DNA of 64,000 nucleotides from Octopus sinensis (GCF_006345805.1 NC_043007.1:496001-560000), one strand, 5' to 3'. Shown: positions 39,625 to 51,919, counted from the stretch's first letter. Notes: generated by a model not told the origin, from the sequence alone. Program-made: numbers and translations.

Positions 39625-40040
39625 TTATAGGGACAAGGCCTGAAATGTTTACGGGAGAGGGCTAGTCGGTTACATGGATGCCAGCGGTCAACTGGTACTT
39701 ATTTCATCGACCTCGAAAGAAGGAATGGAGAAGCGAAATCGACCTCTCTTGAATATGAGCTCAGAGCATGAAAACGACGAAATACCGCTAAGCATTTTGT
39801 CCGTCATGGCAACGATTCTGTCAGTTGGCCACCTTAACAACAAAAAAAATCATAAGCGTTGTTCCAAATTTTGGCACAAGGCCGGCAAGCTTGGGTAGAA
39901 AAGTAAATCGATTAGATCGACCCTAGTGACCAACTGGTACCAATCTTATCGACCCCGTAAGTGTCAACCTCGGAGGATTTGAACTCAGAATGTAAAGACG
40001 CTTTTTCCTGCCACGCTGACGATTCTATCAGCTCGCTGCC
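39625..40040 (-). mobile_element. Two adjacent degenerate MetaSINE-type copies
   Basis: Central domain seen twice (about 39665-39730 and 39905-39960). Confidence 0.65.
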
Positions 40041-40065
40041 TTCGAAAATTATTCATAATAATAAA

Positions 40066-40210
40066 TCTGGTTCCGGGTTCAGTCCCACTGCGTAGCACCT
40101 TGGGCAAGTGCTTTCTACTATAGTCTCGGGCCGACCAAAGCTTTGTGAGTGCATTTGGTAGACGGAAACTGAAAAGAAGCCCGTCGTGTATATGTATATT
40201 TATACATATT

Positions 40211-40278
<68 letters not shown>

Positions 40279-40478
40279 TGTTTCTGTGTTTGTCCCCCCA
40301 AACATCGCTTGACAACCGATGCTGGTCCCCATAACTTAGGCGGTTCGACAAAAAGAGAATGATAGAATAAGTACTAGGCTTACAAAGAATAAGTCCTGGG
40401 GTCGATTTGCTCGACTAAAGGCGGTGCTCCAGCATGGTCACTGTCAAATGATTGAAACAAGTAAAACAGTAAAAGAGT
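40066..40478 (+). mobile_element. SINE group B, 5'-clipped
   Basis: GGTTCCGGGTTCAGTCCCAC..., internal (TA)(TG)n, standard tail. Confidence 0.85.
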
Positions 40479-40728
40479 ATAACATTTGGTATTTTCTCAA
40501 TTCTGAATCTAGAAGAATTTAAGAACGACATGGCTGCTAAAAGTTACGAACAACTCCTAGCCTGGATAACTCGTCTTTTAGCATCTCATACCTACAGATT
40601 CCTTTAATTATATCTCTTTGGAAGCAATTCCGCATCGCCGTAAGATAATTGTGAAATTTCGTGAAAGAGACAGGTATTGAAATTGAAAGTGAGCAGATAT
40701 GAAATGTCGGCACTCCATTAGATAAGTA

Positions 40729-40772
<44 letters not shown>

Positions 40773-40777
40773 TCTGT

Positions 40778-40845
40778 ACCGTGTAGTGGTTAAGGGTGCG
40801 GGCTACTAACCCCAAGATTCCGAGTTCGGTTCCAGCAGGGACCTG

Positions 40846-40907
<62 letters not shown>

Positions 40908-41075
40908 CAAGAAGAAGAAGAAGAAGAAAAAGATCGAAAAATACCTTAGGAATGAAAACTCAGGTATAAAATTTCCCCCAAGACACCTGATGAAGGCTGG
41001 AGGGTATACCAGCCGAAATGATGTGTTCACAACAAATAAGATTTAGGACAAATATCCGTCAAATGTAAATTATGT
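40778..41075 (+). mobile_element. tRNA-headed SINE-like unit with an (AAT)n/(AAG)n spacer and a hammerhead-like 3' module
   Basis: A-box-like GTAGTGGTTAAG near 40783, B-box-like GAGTTCGGTTCC 40822-40833, simple repeat 40848-40930, hammerhead-like fold 40982-41027. Confidence 0.7.
40982..41027 (+). ncRNA. Degenerate minimal hammerhead ribozyme
   Basis: GACAC-CTGATGA-A-GGCTGG(AGGGTATA)CCAGCC-GAAA-TGAT-GTGTT; stems I and II pair, but the stem III/cleavage segment reads TGAT and lacks U16.1. Confidence 0.65.
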
Positions 41076-41337
41076 ATTTCGTTTTAGGATTTGGTTTGCA
41101 AGATTCTTACGTGTTTGAAGTACTCTCAAGAGAGTTAAGACAATTGAAAGGTTTGCAAGACACATCGAAAATTTTAGGAAAATTAAGAAATAAGTGGGAA
41201 TTTTACCGGTGAGTGTGTTACATTATAAGGCAGAAAAAGAAAATGGCTCTCCCCAGACACAGTAAATAATGTATTTCTGTATGTATATATGTATGTGTGT
41301 ACATATGTATGCATGCATGTGTGTGTGTGTATATATA

Positions 41338-41625
41338 TGACGGACTCTCCCATCGATGGCGACGTATGACGATTCAGCTTTTGCCGAACGGCTTGCACAA
41401 CGGATTCGTTTATAAATGACCAAATGATCGTGCGGCACATTGGCTCACTCAATCTCTCCATCAAATCGACGTCGCTTGAACAGGTGCGCACAGTGTGCCA
41501 CGCGTCAGATGTCAGACTGATCGCAGCGCAAAGTGAGATGAAGGGTTTTGCTCAAGAACACAACGTACCACCCGGTCTAGGAATTCAATCTACGATCTCG
41601 ACATCGGGACTACAATCCCCCGACC
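41338..41625 (-). mobile_element. Degenerate tRNA-headed SINE group C (another tail variant)
   Basis: GGTTTTGCTCAAGAACACAACG..CCCGGTCTAGGAATT matches the group C post-head segment. Confidence 0.6.
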
Positions 41626-41872
41626 ACAATACACATGTATGTATATATGTATATAAGTATGTATGTACAAACACACTCACAGTCATATGTATATATATAT
41701 ATACACATGCATATATAAATTATGCAACAGACTATGTGCGCGTATGTGTGCTTGCATGTGTGTATGTGTGTATGTTTAAATAACAACAGAGTGAGAATCA
41801 AAGAGCTAGAACGTTGTCGTGATTTCAGTACAACTATATATATATGTGTGTGTGTATACACACACATACATT

Positions 41873-41933
<61 letters not shown>

Positions 41934-42379
41934 TATATATGTATATTATATATATAAATATACATTGGCACACCACACACACACATATAATATACATACA
42001 CACCACGTGCACGTATAGCACACAACGCAGGACCCCAGGCACACGCTTCTGTGCAATATAGCAATATAGCCGTGGACGCACTCAATGGGTAAAAACTAAT
42101 TGCAGAGTTATACTCTACGTAATAGTTATCTGTGCGACTTTGAATTTATGTAAATGCATCATTATCTACTTGTAAACTTTTAATATAATTGATATTAAAA
42201 TACATTTTCATAGGTAAGACGAAAACATTAAAAATATTACAGATAATGGAATAGCTTCTGCGAGCGAATTACCTAAGCAATGAAGTAATAATTGTTAATT
42301 CTACAAACGACAAGAGAAATGAAAGAAGTCTTGTAGATGTGATTATTGCTTCGTGGAGATATAGATTCTGAACAAGTTT

Positions 42380-42665
42380 TTGCGTTTATATAAATATACA
42401 AACGCCCACAGCTCTTCAATATCCTCTCCCAAATCTGAGGGACTTTCATGGCATGGATGTTGTCTTATTCAAAACAAAACTAGATCTCCTTCTGTGAAGA
42501 ATTCCATATTAACCTACCTCTAGGCAAGAAACGCATATAAAGGCAGCAACGTCACACTCACTCATCCATCAAATGTCACATATCAGAGGAAGTTTAGTGA
42601 AAGTGCAGCAAAGTAATCGGCGTTGTCCTAGCATGGCCGTAGTGCTTTGACTGAAACTTAGCAAA
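42380..42665 (+). mobile_element. CR1-type LINE extreme 3' end, degenerate
   Basis: PQLFNIL..LRDFHG.DVVLFKTKLDLLL...PTSRQETHIKAATS.SLIHQMSHIRGSL, then GGCGTTGTCCTAGCATGGCCGTAG..TGACTGAAAC. Confidence 0.65.
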
Positions 42666-42764
42666 ATATATATATATATATGTATTTACACAATGTGTGT
42701 ATATAAGAATTTTTTGTGTAATGAGATAAAAAAAACCAAGGCCGTGTAGATAGAACATTTATAG

Positions 42765-42816
42765 GCCTTACAGCTGTTTCCAGGATATTTATTAATTATA
42801 TCCCTTCATCGGAGAC
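42765..42816 (-). ncRNA. Minimal type-I hammerhead ribozyme with a U4C core change
   Basis: Minus strand: GTCT-CCGATGA-A-GGGATAT(AATTAATAA)ATATCCT-G-GAAA-CAGCTG-TA-AGGC; palindromic stem III CAGCTG, GTA triplet. Confidence 0.7.
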
Positions 42817-43612
42817 GGTGTGAGAAGTTGGTTAAGTAATAATTAATTTAGATAGGACACAAAATAGAGAGTGAGGTGGAGGAAAGAAAAGTGATGTGAG
42901 ATATGTAGGGATATTGAATTTGTAGAACCATTTTTTTAGGCAGAATGGTATATAGGTAAGATTGCAATACCTTCGGAGAAAAATCTAAAAGCATTTAAAA
43001 TTGTTCATTCCAAATGTAGAGTATATACACAGAGAGCCAGATAGACAAATACACTCAAGCAGACACAGACGTGCTCACACAGGGAAAATGGAACACCGAC
43101 TTCTGTGAGATACTTCTCATTATAACTTAACTTCCAATTCTGATATTTATGACGTTACATTATCTTAACCTCATCGTTATGCCCTATCACCAAGGAACTT
43201 TGTGGGTTTCGATATGATTAATTAAATATAAATGACCGTTTCCTATACTGGCATATGTGAAGGAAGTGTTGATTCCGTATGCTCTAATATATAATTGGTG
43301 CGTATTTTAATTGGCCATGGAGGGACGGCAGGCGAAAATCGATCTGACTTTAAATATAGGGCATAGATAGGCATAGCCAAATACGCCAATTGATTTTCAT
43401 CTAATATCTAACTTTTCTGCTCCATATCGCATTAACTATATATATGCACATATATATATGTATATATATATTATATATATATATGTGTGTGTGTGGTGTG
43501 TGGTGGTGTGTATGATATATAGCTATATATATGTATATAATATATCTATATATATATTATATATATATATGTATATATATATTTTATATAAATGTATATT
43601 ATTTATATATAC

Positions 43613-43657
<45 letters not shown>

Positions 43658-44272
43658 AGAATATATATATGTATATATATATTATATGCACACACACTTA
43701 TAAACATATGTACTTTTATGTGGGTGTACTTAATTCTAACTGATTTCATACAAGATAAGCTGTTTCATTGTTAGGTCGTCAGTGGGCGCTGCATTAGGAG
43801 AAGCGATAGAAGGTCGGGTAAAGGAGATACTTCGTTGCAAAATACTGTAGCTCTGTACGATCTGGTTTCAAGTCCCTCTCAGGTCATCTTTACCGTTTAT
43901 CTTTCTCGGATCAATAAAAAACAGAACCAGTCAAATACAGGATACTATTTTATTGACCGCCGCCTCCCCTCAAAATTCCTGTCGTGGAATCTACGTAGGA
44001 AATGGTATTTCATGCAGTGCAACAAATCTAAGTTTCAGCACATGCTGTAATTACACCAATTAATGCATACTAATTTGCATAATTACACACTAGACACATA
44101 TATAGAATAGACACATATTACACGCATATTATTATGCAAATTAATTAAACAAATTACTTATTATACTTTGTAATTATATTGATGGTTCCGGTTGCTCTTA
44201 CTATTGGTTAGTTTCATGTAATATCTAATCGAGTAAATCTGTGATTTATTGGTATGACGATTCTATCTTTCT

Positions 44273-44305
<33 letters not shown>

Positions 44306-44324
44306 TTTTCTACCCTTCTCTAGG

Positions 44325-44746
44325 CACAAGGCCAGAAATTTTAAGGGAGGGACTGGGAGCTAGTCGATTAGATCGACTCCAGTACGCAACTGGTGCTTAA
44401 TTCATCGACCACAAAAGGCCGAGAGGTTAAGTCGACATCGGGGAAATTTGAACTCAGAACGTAAAGACAGACAAAATACATCTAAGCATTTCACCCGGCG
44501 TGTTAACGTTTCTTAATTCTTTATTGCCCACAAGGAGCTAAACATGGAAGGGACAAACAAGGACAGACAAACGGATTAAGTCGATTATATCTACCCCAGT
44601 GCGTAACTGGTACTTATTTAATCGACCCCGAAAGGATGAAAGGCAAAGTTGACCTCCGCGGACTTTGAACTCAGAACGCAGCGGCAGACGAAATACTGCA
44701 AAGCATTTCGCCCGGCGTGCTAATGTTGCTGCCAGCACGCCGCCTT
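44325..44746 (-). mobile_element. MetaSINE-type heterodimer (full unit joined to a head-clipped unit with a different tail)
   Basis: Junction AATAAAGAATTAAGAA|ACGTTAACACGCCGGG at about 44505-44520. Confidence 0.8.
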
Positions 44747-44773
44747 ATGTATAATATATATAATAAATAAATG

Positions 44774-45018
44774 CGCCCTTTTAATGCCTAGCTAGATTCA
44801 TGAGCCCAGTTACCGGGTTTCTATGGCGTATGTGTTTCCAGCCGGACGGGACGCCAGTCCATCGCAGCGTTACTCATTTTTGTCAGCTGAGTGGACTAGA
44901 ATAACATGAAATGAAGTGTTTTGCTCAAGAACACAACGCGCCGCCTGGTCCAGAAATCGAAACCACAATCTTACGATCATGATGCTGACACCCTAACCAC
45001 TAAGCCACGTGCCTCCAC
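44774..45018 (-). mobile_element. tRNA-headed SINE group C
   Basis: Head GTGGAGGCACGTGGCTTAGTGGTTAGGGTG..GTTTCGATTTCTGGACC; body as 2778; tail as 36741. Confidence 0.78.
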
Positions 45019-45499
45019 ATAAGATATAATATATATATAGGACAATAAATTTCCATGTGCTCTTTTATTTAAAGCAATCGGTTGGGATGTAAGAGAAATG
45101 ACTCAGGCACTTGCAGAAAATTGTCTGAAAAAAAATGAGAATTAGATTTTCATTTTCCGTCATGTTTGAGTGGTACGCCATGTTTTCTGAAAGTTTTTAT
45201 CTATAACTTGAATTTAACAAGTAAGAAATGAAATGCTTTAGAGTAGCTCAGAAAATGCATTAGCAAATGCAAGGGAATAGTGTGTTGCTATTTAATTCTT
45301 TAAGAGGTTAAATACCAGAGAAGTTCACCTGACAATGTTTTATAATCGAAAACCAACACACACAAAAAAAAGCAATCCGCATATCATACTTGACGCGGAA
45401 ATAAAACTTTGGTATTCGTTCAAAGAAAGCATCTCGTAGAGAGAGTATGGTTCTGAAAAGCGCAGAAGAATATCACCAGCAGCGACAGTGGAATGGTTA

Positions 45500-45707
45500 C
45501 ACTTTTAGTCTTTTACTTGATTCGGTCATTTGACTGTGGGAATGCTGGAGCACTGCCTTTAGTCGAGCAAATCGACCCCAGGACTTATTCTTTGTAAGCC
45601 TAGTACTTATTCTATCCGTCTCTTTTGCCGAACCGCTAAGTTGCGGTGACGTAAACACAACAGTATCGGTTGTCAAGCGATGTTTGGTGGGGACAAACAC
45701 AGACACA

Positions 45708-45783
<76 letters not shown>

Positions 45784-45838
45784 CGGCGGGTTTCTTTCAG
45801 TTTCCGTCTACCAAATCTACTCACAAAGCTTTGCTAGT
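45500..45838 (-). mobile_element. SINE group B, headless
   Basis: Tail, body and internal (CA)n(TA)n present. Confidence 0.82.
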
Positions 45839-45878
45839 GTAGAAGACAGATAGATAAATAGACACATAGATAGATAAC

Positions 45879-45921
<43 letters not shown>

Positions 45922-45970
45922 GTAGATAGATAAGTAGATAGATAGATAGATAGAGAGATAGAGAGATAGA

Positions 45971-46004
<34 letters not shown>

Positions 46005-46593
46005 AAGAAAGAGAGAGAGAGAGATAGATAGATAAAAGAATTTCTAGAATAGCAATATATATTAACTGTTCTCTCATGTTATACTTTGGCTTGGCGTTGA
46101 TCGAAATTATTTACAGGGTCACATTGGTTGCACTTCTTAGAATCGGTGACGGCATGCTGATGAAACACAACAGAGATTCTGTCTAAATTTCTAACTCTTA
46201 TTTACATACACTGGTCTCAACCATTGAAAGTTAATTATCTCGTCTGTTGTCGCTGCACAATATTGGTTACGTAATACGCTCCAGTGACACTTCAGTCAGT
46301 ACGAATATCAGCCGACTTGGCTGTATGTGACCTTTTATCCTTGTCATAAGAGTAATGAAAATGTTTTTCTGCAGCTGAACAATGTGCTTAGGAAGAAATT
46401 TGAGATTTCAATTTGCTGAGATAAAATTGAAACATAAAATAGCAACAAACCGTATTTATATTGCAAAACTGTCACTGTCGCTTATTTATGCAATATTCAC
46501 ATCCATTGAGAACTAGTTTTCAAATTTAGAAGGAAAGCGTAACGAAATTGTTATTTCCTTATATTTATACAGGAAATTTTCATATCTGCGTGT

Positions 46594-46974
46594 GGAAGCA
46601 CTCCGTCGGTTACGACGACGAGGGTTCCGGTTGATCCGAATCAACGGAACAGCCTGCTCGTGAAATTAACGTGTAAGTGGCTGAACACTCCACAGACACG
46701 TGCACCCTTAACGTAGTTCTCGGGGATATTCAGCGTGACACAGAGAGTGACAAGGCCGGCCCCTTGAAATACAGGTACAACAGAAACAGGAAGTAAGAGT
46801 GAGAGAAAGTTGTGGTGAAAGAGTACAGCAGGGATCACCACCATCCCCTGCCGGAGCCTCGTGGAGCTTTAGGTGTTTTCGCTCAATAAACACTCACAAC
46901 GCCCGGTCTGGGAATCGAAACCGCGATCCTATGACCGCGAGTCCGCTGCCCTAACCACTGGGCCATTGCGCCTC
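46594..46974 (-). mobile_element. tRNA-headed SINE group C, full length, 13-bp TSD
   Basis: Head GGAGGCGCAATGGCCCAGTGGTTAGGGCAGCGGACTCGCGG..GGTTTCGATTCCC; TSD CATATCTGCGTGT at 46581-46593 and 46975-46987. Confidence 0.88.
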
Positions 46975-47624
46975 CATATCTGCGTGTATTCGTTGAGACA
47001 AAAGATTTTAAAGCGCTCCGCAGAGGAGAAAATAACTAGACCAGCTATTTAAGACCGGGAAAGAATCGTAAGAGTACAGCAACCTTCAGAAGCCCTAACC
47101 CCTGATAAACAGTCTAATGGAAGATGAATGGAATCATTCTAGAAGCTTTTATCGATTTCTCTCATAGACAGCGTTTTGGCTTTTGTCCATATCTTTTCCA
47201 AGTAGATTAACCAAATTAGTGAATCATTTTTGCCCCTCTCATAAAACATTTACCCTTTATTTTTCGTTAAAGCTTCCTTGTCATCTTAAGAGTAAGGAAG
47301 AAAATAAAATAAATGATGTGATGCGTAGCGTCCATACCTTTCCCCTAAAACATTGTTGGCCTACGTGATGTGAAACGATTTCCATCATAATTACAACAGA
47401 GTTATTTTAATTTCGTAGCATTTCATTACGAAATTGAGTCATCCATGTTTTTCTTTATTGCTTTAGTTCTTTTCTTTCCGAAAGCAATTAGCAATTTAAA
47501 TGCACTGCAACGACTGTAAACGAATCGAAACCAAGGCTCGAAGGCAAATTGGAATATTTTCAACAATGATTTGGATGGAATGTTTCTGTATATAACGGTG
47601 TCACTTAACCCTGACCTGCCATTT

Positions 47625-47790
47625 GGCCTGTTTGAAATAGCAGCGAAAGCGCCCTCGAAGCAGGACTTACCGTTCCTAGGGAGAAAGAGGGTTGCATTTG
47701 GCAACAATGTTCCCATCGGTAATCAAAAACGCAGGGTGATCCAAGGAAGGACATCGCCGATCACTGATCTGCTCATCAAGTCTTGACAAG
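47625..47790 (+). repeat. Unclassified dispersed repeat (family D), degenerate
   Basis: TTGAAATAGCAGCGAAAGCGCCCTC...ACCGTTCCT...GATCACTGATCTGCTC. Confidence 0.5.
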
Positions 47791-48561
47791 GTGTTCAAAC
47801 AACAACAACAATATCCATCGATCTTTTCTTTTTTAATTAGCGCAAGGCTTTAGAATTAATGCCTTTTCGAAATACGATATTGCAATATTCATACTTGTTC
47901 GAGATGAATTAGCAGCGTAAAGAAATTGGAATATTTTCAACAATGATTTTAGAAATCATGTTCTCTCTTCTTCAAATAGACGACGTTGCCATAATTCTAT
48001 TTGACGGCAGCAGCAACAACGATTATCATTATCATTATTATTATTATTATTTTTTTTTTATTTATTTATTTTTTTTTTACTTCACAGAGATCTCGGTCAT
48101 GTTTGCTCTAGTTGATTCTGTGAGAGCAGACAGTAGCGTGTTCTCAGAGGTCTCACAGGGTTTCTTTCGGCACATTATGAACTTTGATACTAGGTTGTTA
48201 ATTATCGCTGAAGGCATTCAACATCCAAGTATTATTATTATTATTATTATTATATTATTATTATTATTATTTCTTATTATATTATATATTATTATATTTT
48301 AATATTATTATTATTATATTATTATTATATTATTATTATTATCATTATTAATTATTATAATATTATTATATTATTATATTATATATTATCATTTATATTA
48401 TTTATTATTTATTATTATTTATATTTTTTTAAGACTCTTTGTACTTTGAATTTAATTCCTGCCAGGGTGAACTTTACCTCTCAGCATTTTGAAGTCACTA
48501 GAAACGTACCAATGCAAAGAGGGATGTATAAATAGAACTAAGAGCAGAGGTTCTTGGCATT

Positions 48562-48605
<44 letters not shown>

Positions 48606-49212
48606 CACATACAATTACACACGCATACACACAGACACTCGCAAAGAAACGACGACACGTATGTCAGGAGTTGCTTACCGACTGATGATATCAACAATTT
48701 GAAGAATTAATAGAAACATTATTTACATGGTTCGATGAAAAGAAATTGACTCCCATCACCAAACGTTGTCTGGATTATTACTAGCAAAAATAAAGGTTGA
48801 TAAATAGCTAAGCACAGTAGAAAGTCGGACAACATGCTAGGTATCATTTGAGTAGATCCCTTTATATCCTGTGTTTCAATCCCATTGTGGTTTAGCTAGT
48901 CTTTTCCCTCCTGGAGTCGATAAAAACATAAATTCTAGTAAATTCAAATTACGATGAACGTCAACAAACAAACGAAGTTTCGTTTAGATGCGTTGAGATG
49001 TCTTACAAAGTTAAAGAAGTGATTTTAAATTCTCAAACGTAGGATAATACCAATAATATAGCATGAACAGGATAAGCTAGCCCTATTTTGAAGAAAAAAG
49101 TGTTGGCGGCTAATAAAGTACTGTATATGTATACAATTTGTAGTACGCTACCTGGAAGGTTTGAGGATTTGTAACTATGTCATTGATCGCTGTTTCTTAA
49201 AAGGGTATAAGG

Positions 49213-49441
49213 CGGCGAGCTGGCAGAAACGTTAGCACGCCGGGCGAAATGCTTAGCGGTATTTCGTCTGCCGTTACGTTCTGAGTTCAAATTCCGCCCA
49301 GGTCGACTTTGCCTTTCATCCTTTCAGGGTTGATTAAATAACTACCAGTTACGCACTGGGGTCGATGTAATCGACTTAATCCGTCTGTCTGTCCTTGTTT
49401 GTCCCCTCTGCGTTTATCCCCTTATGGGTAGTAAAGAAATA
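49213..49441 (+). mobile_element. MetaSINE-type SINE, full length, with TSD
   Basis: GGTATAAGG at 49204-49212 and 49442-49450. Confidence 0.9.
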
Positions 49442-50098
49442 GGTATAAGGTGATAAATCTGCGGTACTGTGTAACGCTCGCATCTATATCAATAAGGTTT
49501 AGTTAATTTCGAACTGAAGAAAATTATATTTGGAATTTATTTTATCGAATAAAGTCAAGATATCAGTGAATCGAGTCCGGGTAAAGATAAAAAATAAAGG
49601 TGTGCGTGTGTGTGTATGTGTGTGTGTATAAGTGTTTGATAGAGTGTTTGTTTGTGCGTGCTTGTGAGTTTGTATATGTGTAAGTGTGTTTAAGTGTGTA
49701 AGTGTGTGTTTGTGTTTGTGTGTGTATGGATGTACGTATAAGCGTGCAGTAGATAACTTGATATATTGCGTTGTAAGAAAAAGTTACATGGAAAAATCTT
49801 CACTGAATGCGAAAGAAAGTAAAATTTATTTATATTCTTTAATTCTTTATATTTCGGGTAACGTACTCATTCACGGAGGAAAACAATGTAATTTCCGTTA
49901 AATAGCATCAATGACTTGTCATGAATTACGGAACTGACAGCACTAGCAGCAACAGCGACAACAACGGTACTGGCAGCAGTACTACTTGCAGGATAATAAG
50001 AAACGGTTGCGGCGGTAGTAGTAGGCACAACAGTTAAAGCAACGACAGCAACATAGCGATCGCGGTAGCCTTAACAGCCTTATGAGCCGCAGCAGCTA

Positions 50099-50148
<50 letters not shown>

Positions 50149-50729
50149 TAGTAGTGGTGGTGGTGGTGGTGGTGATTGAAGTATATCGTAGCAACATTAA
50201 TATCTGAGGCGATGAAAGATTCTATATAACTCTATCAACAACGAAACTGCCAACGCGTCACTAATGTATAAAATCGAACTAAATTAAATGATGCGTCATT
50301 TATGCAAATCAGTGTATCAGATTTCATGTAGTCACATAGTCAATAATAACCGTGGTAATAAATACAGTGATAAAGTGTATAGTGAGAGGAAATTAGTTGG
50401 TGACTGAGGAAATTACAACGATGATTAAAACTAGTCTAGGTCAGTGCTACTGATACAGAATTAGAATATTTAGAGCCTGTAGACTCATTAGGCTGACGCT
50501 TATTGTTCTTGAAGGTTCTGAAGAATATCAATAATTTCATGGACAAGGAATTTTCTTCTTCGTTAGATTAGACCGAAGGGGCTGCTGCGCATGGGTAGCT
50601 ATGGTTAGTTTCATTTGAGAAGAAAGGAGAAATATGATATGAAGTGGGTTGGTCAGAAATGCATCATACCGAAATGTCCATAATTCGAAACCATGACCTT
50701 CCGGTCGGGAGCGCAGTTGTTTGCGCATT

Positions 50730-50829
50730 NNNNNNNNNNNNNNNNNNNNNNNNNNNNNNNNNNNNNNNNNNNNNNNNNNNNNNNNNNNNNNNNNNNNNNN
50801 NNNNNNNNNNNNNNNNNNNNNNNNNNNNN
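50730..50829. other. Assembly gap (100 N)
   Basis: Run of exactly 100 N, typical of a placeholder of unknown size. Confidence 0.99.
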
Positions 50830-51012
50830 ACAAACAAGGACAGACAAACGGATTAAGTCGATTACATCGACCCAGTGTGTAACTGGTACTTAATTTATCG
50901 ACCCCCCCCCGAAAGCAAAGTCGACCTCAGCAGAATTTGAACTCAGAACGTAACCGCAGACGAAATACCGCTAAGCATTTCGCCCGGCGTGCTAACGATT
51001 CTGCCAGCTCGC
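50830..51012 (-). mobile_element. MetaSINE-type SINE, 3' end lost in the gap
   Basis: Head and central domain intact apart from a small deletion near 50905. Confidence 0.85.
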
Positions 51013-51919
51013 AGTCTTATGCATTCGTATATTGTTTTAGACTCGAATGTATTCACGGGCTTCACAGCAGCACCCTCTACCACCACTCTCGGTCCCTTCA
51101 TCCTTGGCCCAGCGGCACATCGAGGATGTAGCAATTGGAAAGAGATAGCTACACCAGCACCAGTCTTGTACTTGCTTACTCCTGAATACAATGGCCTCAC
51201 GTGAAATGAAATGCCTTTCTTAAGGACACAGCGCGCCGTCTTATCCTGAAATTGAACCCGCGACCTTTGAATCGTGAGCCTTCTTAAAATTTGCCAAATG
51301 TGAACGCGATATTACTATCTATTAAGGTTCGGGTGGATAGAAGAGTTAGGGTATCGGAAAAAATACTTTGTGTTATATAATTTCAGCCTTGCCTTTAAGT
51401 TCTAAGTTCGAATTCTGCTGAAATCATCTTTTGCAGGTATTTTCTGCGTTACGGAAGCGTTGTGTTCATGAAAACAATGCCATAACATGAGCCTTCGTAA
51501 CGCGAAATATTTACCATTGATTCCCTTGTTTATTGACAAGTCAATGGAAAGTAGACTCCGTGTTTCAACAGAAATTCAACACATTCTTCCGTAATGCGGG
51601 GATACCTACAATACACACACATATATATACATTTTTTGATTTCAGTGTAATGTAATATCTGTTATTATGGTTGATAAGAAATATGAGAGAGAGAGAGAGA
51701 GAGAGAGAGTGTGTGTGTTGTGTGTGTGTGTGTGAGAGAGAGAGAAGACAGGAAGCGTTGAAGAATTTTATTTTTGTCAACCATGGGAAAATCTGACAGA
51801 TTTTACTCTGCATCGAAACCTCAAGTAAATGTGATGGACATAATATCAAATATTTGTAATATATCCTATGCACTCAATAATAGTCATATTTAAGTCTATA
51901 TAAATATACATATACATAT

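Noticed and set aside
46594-46974. tRNA genes in SINE heads (also 40778, 52214, 20091)
   Set aside because: A/B boxes are present but there is no complete acceptor stem, and they run into SINE bodies.
50600-51012. ORFs and structures spanning the N gap
   Set aside because: The gap size is unknown, so continuity across it cannot be assumed.
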